From Adineta vaga (taxonomy: Eukaryota > Animalia > Rotifera), in assembly GCA_021613535.1 (NCBI GenBank), contig CP075493.1, positions 14,446,001-14,510,000 of the forward strand: a stretch of DNA of 64,000 nucleotides, written 5' to 3'. Below the pieces are notes generated by a model. It saw nothing but the letters and a program-made list of their open reading frames with translations. It was not told the DNA's origin and did no database searches. Below, piece by piece: positions 24,780-37,411 of the stretch. Position 1 is the first letter of the stretch, and every line of letters begins with the position of its first letter. Made by a program: the position numbers and the translations under genes.

Positions 24780-25753
24780 CAATACTTCAAATATTTCACC
24801 ACTAACAAAAGGTAAAATTTATAATCAAATGGCATATAATTCCACTGATATTTCACTTGTTCGATTAGCGATAAAAAAACAAAGTTCAATGCGCTGCTCT
24901 ATGTGCAGATCAATATTCTAGTTGTAATACTGCTATATTTGATACTTTACGTTATCCTCAATGTCTATTATTCAGTCAACCAGTAATTCCAGAAAATCTG
25001 ATTCTTTCGATCAATACAATAGTTTACGATTTTCAACAGAATAAATTTCCCGGTATGTAACATTCTCATAGGTTAGAAAATAATTTGAAAAGCCTGGGTA
25101 CATGTTGAGAATGAACAGATCTACTTATTCCTTGTGTTAAATTGAAGTAAATTGAAGAGTCTTTTGAAATTTAATGAAATGAATTAAATGACAATTTTCT
25201 TTCAATAATTTGAATTGAACTATCCATTTCAGAGAATCAAAATTTTAATTTATCTTTCATATATACGTAATCTATTTTAGCCACGACAAGTACAACTACG
25301 ATCTGTAAGTAAATCTACTTTATATGTTTGTGAAATCATATAATTTTTATCTTTCCAACAACGACAACAACTACAACTCTTGCATCTCAATGTTCATCCT
25401 ATACATCGATAACTGATGGTTCAATAAATGCTGCTTATTCAGCTTCCACTGATTTATGTGATAGAACGAGTGCAATAGTATTAACTGGTTGGTTTCGCTT
25501 TTCTGGTGCGAGTGGCTCAACAATTGCAAACTATGCAGTACCGTCAGGTAAATGTGGCACAGATGTTTCAGGTTGGTATGGTGGAACGTATTCAACTGTA
25601 ATTAGTGATACAATTTTAGGCACTGCTTGCTACAATTTTATTGGTATTTCATGTTGGTTTTCCAATGCTATGTCAATAACAAATTGTAGTGGATATTATG
25701 TATATTATCTTCCTTCACCCTCTACACATAATTTTCGTTATTGTACAGTGTAA
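24780..25753 (+). pseudogene. PAN/Apple + Thr-rich + UMOD/GP2/OIT3 D8C-domain gene (missed by ORF track), probably damaged
   Basis: Exon 'CAALCADQYSSCNTAIFD..PQCLLFS'; last exon 'QCSSY...CDR...GWFRFSG...CGTDVSGWY...CY...CWFSNAMSITNCSGYYVYYL..RYCTV*'. Frameshift in an A-run near 24875; last acceptor reads CAA instead of CAG. Confidence 0.75.
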
Positions 25754-26490
25754 TTTTATGAGTTTTTATTTATGTCATGAAAAGAAACACTTTTAATATG
25801 ACAATAAGAAGAGATTCTTTGACAGAATATAAATTTTGAATGATCTTGAGGGTGTGTGGATGATAGTGTTTTCTCTTTAATCACCCATACCCACACTCTA
25901 ATATAATATCGATAGGAACTGATATACGATTATGTAAACATGTTTCAATAGCAAGAATATCAGTTGGAACACGAAGTAAAATAACTGTATAACGGTTTGC
26001 TTCTTCATATGCATTACGTGATGGTTGAAAACTCAACAAATTTTTACCATATGGCCAAAGTTTTTCTGTACAAATGCAGTATCTTTTTGACTAACACCTA
26101 AATATGTAATTAGACGTCCAAATTGTGTTTTTATTTAACCATTAAAATTAATAAATAAACGAGATACATCAATATGATAACCTGACGATAATATTGTTCT
26201 TTTTTTGGAAAAGAATATAATCATGTAATTTTAAAAACAAAATATGTTTCTTGGGAGCTGTTAAAAACGATTCTATTTGATTTATTCAACGAACATATAT
26301 TAAACTATTACAAATTAGAACTTACCGAATTTCTGTCAATTTTATACGTAGAAAACTTCTTTCTTATTATATAGAATCAAACTATTTGACTTTTCAATAA
26401 AATTCTTCTGTTTTTTTATTTATTAATTTAATTACGGAAAGAAAAATCAATGATATGATATTATAATTAAATTGATTTCTGTTGCTGTTT

Positions 26491-26784
26491 TCAATTTGTC
26501 TTTATTATTGTCCACATTTTTAGATCATCTGTTTCATGATTACTAGCAACTTCAAAACCTGCATTTTCGAAAGCTTGAATAACCGATGAGACAGGATCAA
26601 AACATTGAACACCTCGTTCATGATCACATAATCGATCATTAGTAAATGTTTCTTGAAGAATTCGAATAACTTCAGGTGCAACTCGATAAGCCTGTACACC
26701 AGTACTATGAATAATAGTTGGTCCAGAATATTCTTCTGATGGATCACAGGAAATCGTTAATGTTGTGTATAATGCAAGTGCCAT
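26491..26784 (-). CDS. GTP cyclohydrolase I feedback regulator (GFRP)-like small protein
   Basis: Pattern 'GPT...PE...DP..V...E..GF.V.S......WT..K' matches the GFRP layout; 97 aa. Confidence 0.6.
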   Translation of the reverse strand: MALALYTTLTISCDPSEEYSGPTIIHSTGVQAYRVAPEVIRILQETFTNDRLCDHERGVQCFDPVSSVIQAFENAGFEVASNHETDDLKMWTIIKTN

Positions 26785-27618
26785 TCGTTTTATTTCTGTT
26801 GTTTTTAAAATGATATTTTCAGATGTTTAAATGTATATATTTATATACATGAATTTAATACTTCATTTTTTCTTATTTTTTTTGAGCAAATAAACTTGAT
26901 AACAAATATAAATACAGACGCAATAAACAAAAATATAGATAGAGATATAATAATAAGAACAACAATTAATATTAGATAAAAGAGTATTCTTTTAATATCA
27001 TGTGATGTTTGTTTTAAACATCAGATATCTCGATATTATTTTGTCTTCTGACATATAAGATCTTTTGAGGAACATAGGTGAGTTAATTATTAGTTATCAT
27101 CCATTTTTCTATTTTTCAAAACAAAGAATTCTAACTAAATATTATATCTATGACATCATAAGCAGAAGAAGAATATCTAAAAAAAGCCAAGCTAATAAAA
27201 CTAAAGCAATGTATCATATAGATAAGGATTTGAACATTCTTTTCATCTGACATTCACATACCCAGAGATAGAAGAAATAAAATAAAAGTTTCAATCTATA
27301 TTTTTTTGTTATTATTTTCTGTGATCGAGTTCAACTGAAGTCTATAGAACATCTATCAAATTGAAAAATATGAGAATTGATGAAGGGTTAATAAAATTAT
27401 TCTGTTTGGTAATTTCTATAGTAACGGTTATTATACAAATTACTTTGGAGAGAAAAGAAAACAAAAGATGACATGAGATATCTAAAATAATAAACAGCTG
27501 TGTTATTCACATAATATATTCTCTATTAATACATTGTAAGTCTTATGAATTAGGAAAAGAAATGAACGCAAATAATTTCATCAAATGATTAGTGACACAA
27601 TCTCAAATGATTCTAGTT

Positions 27619-28600
27619 TTAAATTGTCGTGTGTGGAAATGGATTGATTTGATGAGATCTTCGACAAAGCAATAGTTTTTCTTTCATTGTTCGACGAAAA
27701 CGACTTGATGAAATCAAAAATATATAACAACTTCCCTACATTAGAAAAACAAAAACAAATCTAGAAAAATATATGTTAAACCAAAGAACTTACAGCATAA
27801 TAGAAGTACGTTAGTAATGTCAGAAGAGTTGTTGCAAAACTTTCACTATTCAATCGATTGGTATCTTTTATATCTGTAGCTGTTATTAAAAGATAAATTG
27901 CATTGATACTATATGGCAAAATTACAACTATAACGAGTAATACATGAAATAAAGTCATTTTCATTAATTGGCGATCAAAGTGTTGTTCGGTAAGAATGCG
28001 TATTACTTGAATATTATGATGTGTCAAATATGCAAATACAATCATGACTACAATTGGACCGATACAAGTAAAAGTAAGAGCATATATTGGAATATATTTG
28101 GCATAATCATTATTCATCATAATACATGTTTTTGTAATTGATGAGATATCATAGAATATAAGACAAGGAATTCCATGAAAACAACTTATAATTAGAACAA
28201 TAAATACGATTTTATAGGTATATTTAATATTGCTTAAACGACGTAGATTTGTATTTCTTGATGTAACAAAAAATTGATCAATGGAAGCTAAACATGAACA
28301 AGTGAAAGAAAATAAACTAAAAACAGCAATTAGATATTGTCGTGCTCGACACCAATGTACTGATGTTCGAGTTAAATCAACACCAAAACCGATACTAATA
28401 ATACGGGAGATAAGATTAATTAATAAAAAGCCAATATTGTCAATTGAAATGACGAGAAAATAAAATACACAAGGAGTTGTACGATAAGTACGAATACTTG
28501 AAAAGATCAAAACATTAAAACCATTTCCAACGACACCAATTATAAGAAGGAATACACCAACATAAATTGTTAATTGTTGACTAATATATAACAATGACAT
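27619..28600 (-). CDS. Rhodopsin-class orphan GPCR, 2 exons (28600-27794, 27735-27619)
   Basis: 7 TM; 'GVVGN', 'CRARQY', 'LASIDQF'; 58-bp GT-AG intron; exon 2 'GSCYIFLISSSRFRR'. Confidence 0.9.
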
Positions 28601-29228
28601 TTCATTTATTGACACGATCAATTGTTGTTCAACTTAAGTCTTCGTTATATCGAAGAAAATACGGGAGCATTATAGATTAAATAAACTTTCTCTAATGAAC
28701 GAGGTAAAGGTTTGTAATTAAAAAAAAGGAAAAATTCCGTTTTGACACGTTTCAGATGAATGAAAGGACAGAATTACCAATGATCTATCCGCTCTTATAA
28801 TTATTTCTGGCTTGATTAAAGATATATTTTTCTCATAAAAAGAAAGTATCACCACTTTTTAAACTTTACCCTTTTCTCATGAATAGAAACAAAAGCTGTT
28901 AGCATGATCCTTTGTGGATAAAAATATCAAAAACAAATTATCTAAATTAGTGACAATATATGAAAGCGTTTTCCGGTAGAGTTGCGATATCTGATATATT
29001 ATTTGAAGTTTTCATTAAAGAACTCCATCTTTAATTAATTATCACCAATTACACAAACTTATAAACATTATTAAATAAGCTTTAATTAGTTTGTGTTGAT
29101 TAATTAACGATGATTTTTCATAATCGAACTTCTATCATTATGTGTACTCATTTTCTGTTTGATGAATGCAGATTGAATTTATTTGAACATAGAATGGTCT
29201 CAGTTAAAATGAAAAATTGTTCCGTTAA

Positions 29229-31071
29229 TTATTTGATTTTATCCATAGGAATCGGTACGATTTCTTCTGTTTTTGACGTTTTTGTTGATATTTCAAATCG
29301 AACTGCATATGCGATGAAAGTAATTGCATCAAATAAAATCGTTGTCTTGATTTCATCTGAATCTTCCTGATAATCAAGTTTTTTCAGGCGATGTTCTGTC
29401 ATTTTATTTTGTTTTGCATCGTGTTCTAATTCCAAAAACTTTTTCCGATCAAATTTCTGACCAAAACCACTACAAAAATGACCGATAAGTAATTCATTAC
29501 TATGCTCTAAACCCATATATGCATAAATTCTATCATCACTGTCACAATCATCTGCATAAACAAGTGCTAAGAAAATTTTTGCTAAAGTGTTCCATCGTCT
29601 AATTGTTGAAAAAGTGATAATTTCAAGTGGTTTGTTCAATTGTTCGACAATCAGTGCACATTGTCTTCCATAGTTATCTGTAAGAAGAATTTTTAATTTA
29701 AATGGTTGTGGCAAACTTTTATGCATTCGAGTACGGGTTTCTTTGGTTCTTCCCAAAGTTCCTTTGATTAATATTTCTCCTTTAATACCAAATGAAACGA
29801 GTTTATTTGGTTCAATATTAATTATAAGATCAGTTGACCATTTTTTGTCTTTATCTTGCGAGGATTCCGGTGTAATGGTAATATTTTGACACTCCCGCCA
29901 TGAACCATCATGAACTTGATAAAATACAGATAAATGCGTAACGGAAATAGATTTCTCCGGTTGTTGTGAACGTTTTTGACCTAATAATTCTGGTAATATT
30001 GTTGGCTTTTTAGAAAATACAATCGAAGTAATAATAAATTGTTGTAAAAACGTTCCTTCAACATCTGACGTCGTTTGATCCATTTCGACCTTGTTTAAAT
30101 TTCCATAAGTCATAAGAATTGTTGATTCACCTTCACATTCATGTTTAGTTAATTTCAAATTATGAGAAATCGTTGTATCAATTTGTGGTCTTGATCGTTT
30201 TGGTGGTGGAATTGTCGCTGTAAGTTCTTTCAAACGTTGACATTGCTCATTTGTAAAAGTAGAACTATCATTTATTTCACCTGATAAATGTATCATTTCA
30301 CCTTTTTCAATACACAAACGAGATTGGTCAAGTAAAATCTGTAATTTACCAGACCAAATATCTTCGCTTGAACCAGTTTTCAAACGACATATTATAAATA
30401 AACATGTATTTGAATCAGTATCATAATCCCATTGACATTCAAGAAACCATGTTGCTGTAACTGGTGGTAGATATTCCATTGTATTGTCAATACGACCGAT
30501 CAATTTTTCTAGAATAAGGAAAAAAAGAACATTTCATTTCGTATTTAACGACTTTAGAGAAAATTCTTTTCCTGTACTTCCTGATTTTTCTCTAGCAATC
30601 TCCATCAGTCGATAAATTCCAAATGTATAAACACTATTAAGCATATCTGTTCCGTATAATTTTACAAATAATTCAGAAATATTATTCAGACCAATTCGAA
30701 TAAATCTGTCTTTTTTATTAGATGCATCGTATTGTCTTCGTTCTAACCAGCCATCTGTATTTTCAAAATATTGATAATATCCATCAGTTAATTTCTTCGT
30801 ATCTACACAAATAATATGATCGTTATCTTTGAGAACAGTTGAAAAAATCGGATTTATTGAAAAGAAATCCATCTACAGTTGTTAATTGAATTAATTCTAT
30901 ATGAAAATATGAGAATTCTTTAATAATATATTCTTGTAATGATTGAAGAAGTTCACCAATCGTTTTTATTAATGAAACATCAATAGCATAAATAAATTTA
31001 CATAATAAAGGTTTCTTTCGATATATTCTTTGTCCATCACCTAACTGAACTTTAATTCGGATTTGTTCCAT
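29229..31071 (-). CDS. Uncharacterised protein with coilin-N/ubiquitin-like N-terminus; frameshifted (pseudogene or assembly error)
   Basis: 'IRIKVQL...TIGELL..L...LTTVDGFLF..|..VLKDNDHIICV', joined across a frameshift in a T6 run near 30845; acceptor about 30510; 424-aa downstream exon. Confidence 0.55.
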
Positions 31072-31623
31072 TTATTTTTGAACAAACAATAACGGTAAGA
31101 AAATGATGTGTTATTGCAAATATGGCAGACAAGAAAAACCAACACTTTGTGATATTCTGTTTTCCAGTTACTATGACATCAGTAATTATGAATTCATTCA
31201 AAGAGGAAGAAAAAAAAAGATGACATGAGATCTCTAAATAATAACTATATTGCGCTATTACTTAGATACTGAGGTTTTAAGTATAAACAAATAATGTTCA
31301 CATTCTATTATCTCGATAAAAGATAAAATCTCTCTGTATTATCACGGAAAAAACCAAGTACTATGCACTATGTCTTTGTTTTTTCTCGTTCTTCTCGTAG
31401 ACTATGTTGCTCGCCCATGTGCAAAACGAATAACAGATTAAATAGACATGAATAAAGAATAAAGGAACTGGGAAAAAACCCACTGTGCTATATTTATGTA
31501 TGATCATTTTGGTTCCACAAGAAAACTCTGGTTTAAAAATATCGATTAAGTTCGTGGATTTTCTATTACTATTAATCTATTGATATAGTAAGATTCATAC
31601 ATCAACTTATTAATTTATCTTCG

Positions 31624-32442
31624 ATGGCAGTTAAATCATTACATACGGCAATTTCAATCGATCCATTAGTTGTAAAACTTATATCAGATCAAGCTACACA
31701 ATTAATTAAACAAATTCAAAAAGATATTGAAAATGAAAAAGAAATATCTGAAAGAACCTACAAAACGTGTAATGCAATTTTACAAGATGCTCACAAAGAA
31801 TATATTCGTATACAAATTGAATTTATTGAAGAAACAAAAATTCTTATTATGAAAGCGTTACAAGAACCAAATACACGATTTCATCAAACTTGGTTGCATA
31901 TTTTTGATATAGCAGCAACAAAATGTCAACAAATAACTGGTCCAATTCTACAAGTATTAAATTCTGTGGCTCTTGAAAGTAATCGTCTGAAACATAAGTA
32001 TCGTAGTTTCGTTGCTGGTGCCACAGCCGCTTCGGTGGTATCTACAGTACTGATCGGTGCTCTTATAATGCATTATTTGCCTGTTTCTATGTGTTGTTTT
32101 ACATTAAGTGCTGGTGGAGTTGCTTTAGCAGCTGGTGGAGCACTCTTGGCAGCTGGTTTAGCTATTACATGTGTTATCGGAGCAATGAATGTATCAGCAA
32201 TACGTATCATGTATGATAAATGTACAAGTGAAATACAAACGTTGTTAACAAAGTATCTGCCATGTTTATTTAATGCACAGAAAAATGTTGTTACAACAGA
32301 AGAATTATATCAAGCTATCAAAGATTCGCTCAATGCATTCAAAATTAAAGAAGATATCTGGACGAATGTGGATATATTAGAAATGTTACAACGATCAACG
32401 GATCGCGAACTAGAAGTGTTAAAAGAAAAATTAAAACAATGA
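31624..32442 (+). CDS. Helical protein with central Gly/Ala-rich hydrophobic hairpin (ApoL or alpha-pore-former-like), intronless
   Basis: 272 aa; amphipathic helices flank 'FVAGATAASVVSTVLIGALIM' and 'AGGVALAAGGALLAAGLAITCVIGA'. Confidence 0.75.
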   Translation: MAVKSLHTAISIDPLVVKLISDQATQLIKQIQKDIENEKEISERTYKTCNAILQDAHKEYIRIQIEFIEETKILIMKALQEPNTRFHQTWLHIFDIAATKCQQITGPILQVLNSVALESNRLKHKYRSFVAGATAASVVSTVLIGALIMHYLPVSMCCFTLSAGGVALAAGGALLAAGLAITCVIGAMNVSAIRIMYDKCTSEIQTLLTKYLPCLFNAQKNVVTTEELYQAIKDSLNAFKIKEDIWTNVDILEMLQRSTDRELEVLKEKLKQ

Positions 32443-32717
32443 ATTATTACATATATATTTTTAACTGAAGTGCTTCTTTTAGTCTATCTGAATATCATGT
32501 ATAACTGAGATTTTTTTCTCTAATAATCATAATAAATTAAGTATAAAATATCTTAAAAACATACGTAATATTTCCAAATCGTGTTAAAAGCAAAGCTATG
32601 ATATTTTCAGGACGTGAATGATGAGCGATTCATTTGACTATTTAGCTGAACATTTCCACAAACATTATTTTCTGTATAGATACTGGAAAGAAAGATTTCA
32701 TCATTTGTTGACGAGAA

Positions 32718-33990
32718 TATGAAAATGAACAAATATAAAAGGTCGATATATCATTTGTGTATTTTACTTTTAAAATCAACATTTGAAATAGTGAAATAAA
32801 TATTTGTTTTATGCGTCGATTGAGACTTAGAACTCGATATAGAAATGATGCGAGGAAACTGCATTGTAGAACACTTTATTTTGCATGTACGGACAAAATG
32901 TTAAACTTTTCGCTTTTATATTTTCGTGTCGGAATTTTCCTTCTCATCTTGTCATTTTCTCTATTTGATTATCTACGAATTGTTTGTTGTATGAATCTCT
33001 TTTTCACATCGTTAAAAGAAAGAAGGTCTAAATGGTTATTTTTCTTTCAAGTTCTTCTTGGTGATGAAAATAATCGCGTTTCATATATTCATTTCAATTT
33101 GAAATTATCTGAAGATTCTTTGAAACAAGTAATTGAAAATGGTTTAGGTTCAAAACACAAACGAATATATTTGTGAAATATAATTTTGTTTTACAGCACT
33201 GCCCAATATTTGTTTAAATCGATCATCACGAAAGTAAAAATAATCAAAAAGTTGATCAAATGCAAAGTTATTCGAACACAATTGGTGATTATTTACATAT
33301 AAATTTCCTTGTCTGGTCGTATAGAAAAGAAAAAAATATAGTAATGCTTTTTTTAATTTATTCTGAAGAAGAATAAGATCATCTACTTCAGTCATTTAAT
33401 CTTAGTGAAAAACTTGGTTTTCCTTCAGAAATCATAATTGAAATAACGAATTATCTTCCATTAGATTATGCAATTGCTACCTCTTCGTTAAAGATTCTCT
33501 GTCTATTAAATCCAAATGAAAAATAACTATTAATAAGTCTTTCAAAAATCAATCTATTAGAAATGATTTCATTAATATTTCGTGAGTTGATGCGAGGATA
33601 TGTTCTTCCCATGGATCAATATTACAAATGTTTTCCGAACTTAAGTCGTCTTTCTCTCTATTTTAACGATGGACTTAACCTTTAGTTTTTGACTCATAAT
33701 TTCCGTACTTTCAATGAACGAATTCATTGTCCTGAAATATTTCGTAGGAATTAATATACAGATTATCTGATGTTTTCATATTTGAACGAGATTAATATTG
33801 AACAAATTCTTGAGGGTTCAAAATCGGAACAATTGATCGAAAGATGTTATGATTTAAAGAAAATCTTCGTACAAATAACAAAAAGTACTTTTCCAGACGA
33901 ATAGTTATTGATTAACAAAAGTCGCGAAATTCAAACTGCACTACGTCGAAAACGATCAACAATTGATTTTAAACTAAAGTTCTTATTGTA
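32718..33990 (+). pseudogene. Highly decayed F-box gene
   Basis: 'KLGFPSEIIIEITNYLPLDYAI' at about 33410; LRR-like 'FPNLSRLSLYF'; many stops. Confidence 0.55.
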
Positions 33991-34806
33991 CAATTAAAAA
34001 AAATAAAAGATTCTCTTAGCTTATTGAAGGGAAATAGACAACATTTACGAATAGGATCGAAATCTTCTAGATTCAATGATAAAACAAGGTTCTAAAGAAA
34101 ATTATCATAATGTAATGTTCGCTGATGTGATGTCTTATTTTTCCTTTCTCTCACATAATTTGTTAAAACTTCAATTACTGTTCATGAAAAAAAAACCGTT
34201 CTATCTAACACAAATATCTGTTTCACATCGAGAAATTCGAAAAACTTAACAGTTCGAGCGTGAGTGAAGACGTTAGAAGAGAAGACACTCACACTCTTAT
34301 GTAATACTTTCCTAAACAATTATACAAAAAATTATGATTTCATTAACATGTACTATTGTGATCGAGCACTGTTTTTGTCCTTTCCTTTTTCACCGTCAAC
34401 AATGGTTATTGAAGGTTTCATCTCTTTATAATCTTCATCTCACCTACACCTACATTAAACTTTCAATACTAATGTATTCGTGCGACGATCATGTTTTCGA
34501 AAACAAACAGATGATGCGCATACATTATGTGTTATTTGACATTCATACATAGCAATATATGAAAAATCAATGTCTTTATATAGCATTATTGATCGAGATA
34601 CGTGCTTGAAATATTATTATCACACATGAGAAGATGGAAAACAATCGATTTTGATATGCTTTTAAGTCAATTCTCAGTATGAATACAAATTAACAATCGT
34701 GACTATATATAGAATAGTTATTTGTATTTCGAACAAGGACAAAGTAAGTAGTGAATTCATCGATTGTTTTCTATTGCAGCTAACAAGTTTTAGAACAACT
34801 TCAAAA

Positions 34807-36165
34807 ATGTTTTTATGGAAAAGAAATCTGCGAACAAACATATCAATTTTAACCATCGTACTTATTTATGTAGGACAGTTTTTGTCCGTACAATCGGTGG
34901 TTATACACTCTGAAGAAAGTCCAGAACAAGAAGGTCAACATGATCGTCGAGAAGCGTATCTTAAAATTCTGCTGAAGATGAATAAAAATACTGAAGATAA
35001 CGATGAAGATTATATCCTCGATTGGAACAACGAATCAGAAGAAGAAGAAGATGATGATGAAGTACACAACGTCGATGAGGATGAATACGTGGACGGACAA
35101 TACGAAGATGACGAAAAGAAAGATGATGAACACAAAGATCTGTGGCTGTGGAAACGCGATACACAAAATCGTGTATATGCAGAAAAGTTTGCACCAGAGC
35201 TTCGTTTTGATCATGCTGCAAAAGGATATCCAATGTCGGCCCAAGTCTATTATAATGGAATGAAGAAAGATACTTCAAAAACATTTCGACGTGAAAATAC
35301 AGATCAAAAGACACTGTCAACTGGCAATATTCCAACATATTACATGATTCGTACTGATGGTAAACAAACTCGTATTTTGTATTGGTGGTTCTATGGGTAT
35401 GAAAATTCATGTGAAGCGAATAAAGGTTCACATAATGGAGACTGGGAACATATTATGGTGATCCTTACTGAAGATAAGAGTCAAGTAGCTGCCGTTAGTT
35501 TCTACCAATTTAACAACCATTACACTCGTATTTCGGGTTCACGTACTGCTCCTTGTATTCCTGCTGGCAAAGGACGGTGTTCTGGTGCGGCTGGTTTCGA
35601 AAGTAATGGTATTCATCCAATTGTCTATGTAGGAAAAACTGCTCATGGTTCATTTCATAATCCAACTTCTGCTGGTGTTACTGACGCTGGAAAATGTGCA
35701 GATTATGCCGATTTTCGTAATCCAAAATCTAGCAATGATTACATGCAAACTTGGAAGAAATTAGTTGATCTTGATGGTAATGAAGAAGTGTGGATCGCTC
35801 TTGATAAGAAAGGAGGTTTTTCTTGGGGTCTCAATGGTGTTGCCGTTCATCCGACTCAAAAGAATCCGTTCGATCAGGAACATTCACTTGCTTGTCAAGG
35901 GCATACATCATACGCATTAGAAAGTATAGGTTGTAGTCAATCAGAATGTCTGGCCGGTGATGATGAAACATTAGAAGGGTGTTTAAAAGAATGTGAACTA
36001 GGTTTTAAAAACCGTGGTTCAACTTGCATTAAAGGTTTTTGGAATCGAAAGAAGTATGATCGTCTAAGCAAAGGAAAACATTATTCTTACGATTATATCT
36101 TACCCAAAGTCGATGCTGGCTTAAGTCATCATCGAGAGACTGCAAATGATTGGAATCTACCTTAA
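34807..36165 (+). CDS. Secreted Vps62/NPP1(NLP)-like protein with acidic propeptide, intronless
   Basis: Hydrophobic leader; D/E tract ending 'WKR'; 'KFAPELRFD', 'YWWFYGY', 'GSHNGDWEH', 'HPIVYVGKTAHGSF'; Cys-rich tail. Confidence 0.8.
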   Translation: MFLWKRNLRTNISILTIVLIYVGQFLSVQSVVIHSEESPEQEGQHDRREAYLKILLKMNKNTEDNDEDYILDWNNESEEEEDDDEVHNVDEDEYVDGQYEDDEKKDDEHKDLWLWKRDTQNRVYAEKFAPELRFDHAAKGYPMSAQVYYNGMKKDTSKTFRRENTDQKTLSTGNIPTYYMIRTDGKQTRILYWWFYGYENSCEANKGSHNGDWEHIMVILTEDKSQVAAVSFYQFNNHYTRISGSRTAPCIPAGKGRCSGAAGFESNGIHPIVYVGKTAHGSFHNPTSAGVTDAGKCADYADFRNPKSSNDYMQTWKKLVDLDGNEEVWIALDKKGGFSWGLNGVAVHPTQKNPFDQEHSLACQGHTSYALESIGCSQSECLAGDDETLEGCLKECELGFKNRGSTCIKGFWNRKKYDRLSKGKHYSYDYILPKVDAGLSHHRETANDWNLP

Positions 36166-36394
36166 TCTATTACTTATATTTATAAACTATACAACGTCGC
36201 GCATCTGATTCGTAGTGAACACTTCAACTTTCTTTCTTTTCCATTATAATCATATATTTCATAAGTAGATTTTTCTTGTTTAATCAAATCATTTTCAATT
36301 GTGAATAAAACTTAGTACAGTGATGATTTTTTGAGTTACAGAAAAAAGACATGTGTACGATAGATGGATATAATAGAATCTATATAGTTTGTTG

Positions 36395-37411
36395 CTATTT
36401 CTCTTCACGGATATTGCCGAGTGTCGGTTGTATTTGATTACGAAGTTCATGAAGAGTTGTTTGGTCTCGCGTTGTATGTGTAGATGAATCCATTGTTCGA
36501 TTGAAAAGAAGATTTCGAATATTTCTTCTTATAGATTTTGATGAATAGAAATAAATATAGAAAGATCCAATATAATTGACATAAGTTAATAGATTTGCAA
36601 TTGTATTGAATAAATTCTCTTGTGAAGAACGTAAAAGATCTTTTGAAATATTTTTTGTTATTTCTTGATAAATTATTTGAGTTGTCGCAATTAATAATGA
36701 TATTGACATGACGATTGATTGAAATAGAATCATTCGCGTCATTTGACGAATTATTGATGGATGAAGTTGTCGAACACTTTCAAGATTAAATTTTATTAAA
36801 AAACCAAATACAATAAGAATTACCAATGGAATTATACAAAGAAACATTAAACTTTGAATATATGTATAATAGAATGTCCAAATAGGTGAATAAACTGTAC
36901 ACACAGTGGATATTCCATTATTTTTCGGATATAAATTATAGATGAATAATATTGGCACATTCATTAAAATCCACAGAGAAAGTAAAGAAAATAAAAGAAT
37001 TTTTGCGAATGATAATCGACTTAATCGACGTATTCCTACTGATCGATTTGTAAGAAAATATTGATCAATTGTAGCTAGACATGTCGTATACAATGATGTA
37101 TACATACAAACTTGACCAATATAGAAACGTGTTTTACAAATGAAAGTTATTGTATTTGTTAATGGCATGGAAAAACCCGAGATTAATATACGAGTTAGTA
37201 ATAAGTATATAATGAAAATCGTATTCGCAATTGAACCTGTTAATATATAAAGACGTGAAGGATTTGGCGGGAATAATTCTGTTTTTAATATCGGCGAAAA
37301 TATGAAAATATTCAAAAGATTTCCAATTAAACCCAAGAAAAAAAACGTGATTCCAACAATAAGATTGATTTCTTCAGATATTTTATTTAATAAATCAACA
37401 AACGATGACAT
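36395..37411 (-). CDS. Rhodopsin-class orphan GPCR, intronless
   Basis: 7 TM; 'GLIGNLLNI', 'CKTRFY', 'LATIDQY', 'SFYIYFYSSKSIR'. Confidence 0.9.
   Translation of the reverse strand: MSSFVDLLNKISEEINLIVGITFFFLGLIGNLLNIFIFSPILKTELFPPNPSRLYILTGSIANTIFIIYLLLTRILISGFSMPLTNTITFICKTRFYIGQVCMYTSLYTTCLATIDQYFLTNRSVGIRRLSRLSFAKILLFSLLSLWILMNVPILFIYNLYPKNNGISTVCTVYSPIWTFYYTYIQSLMFLCIIPLVILIVFGFLIKFNLESVRQLHPSIIRQMTRMILFQSIVMSISLLIATTQIIYQEITKNISKDLLRSSQENLFNTIANLLTYVNYIGSFYIYFYSSKSIRRNIRNLLFNRTMDSSTHTTRDQTTLHELRNQIQPTLGNIREEK

Noticed and set aside
34961-35431. 156-aa antisense ORF and similar short overlapping ORFs throughout
   Set aside because: Shadows of real genes on the other strand or frame.
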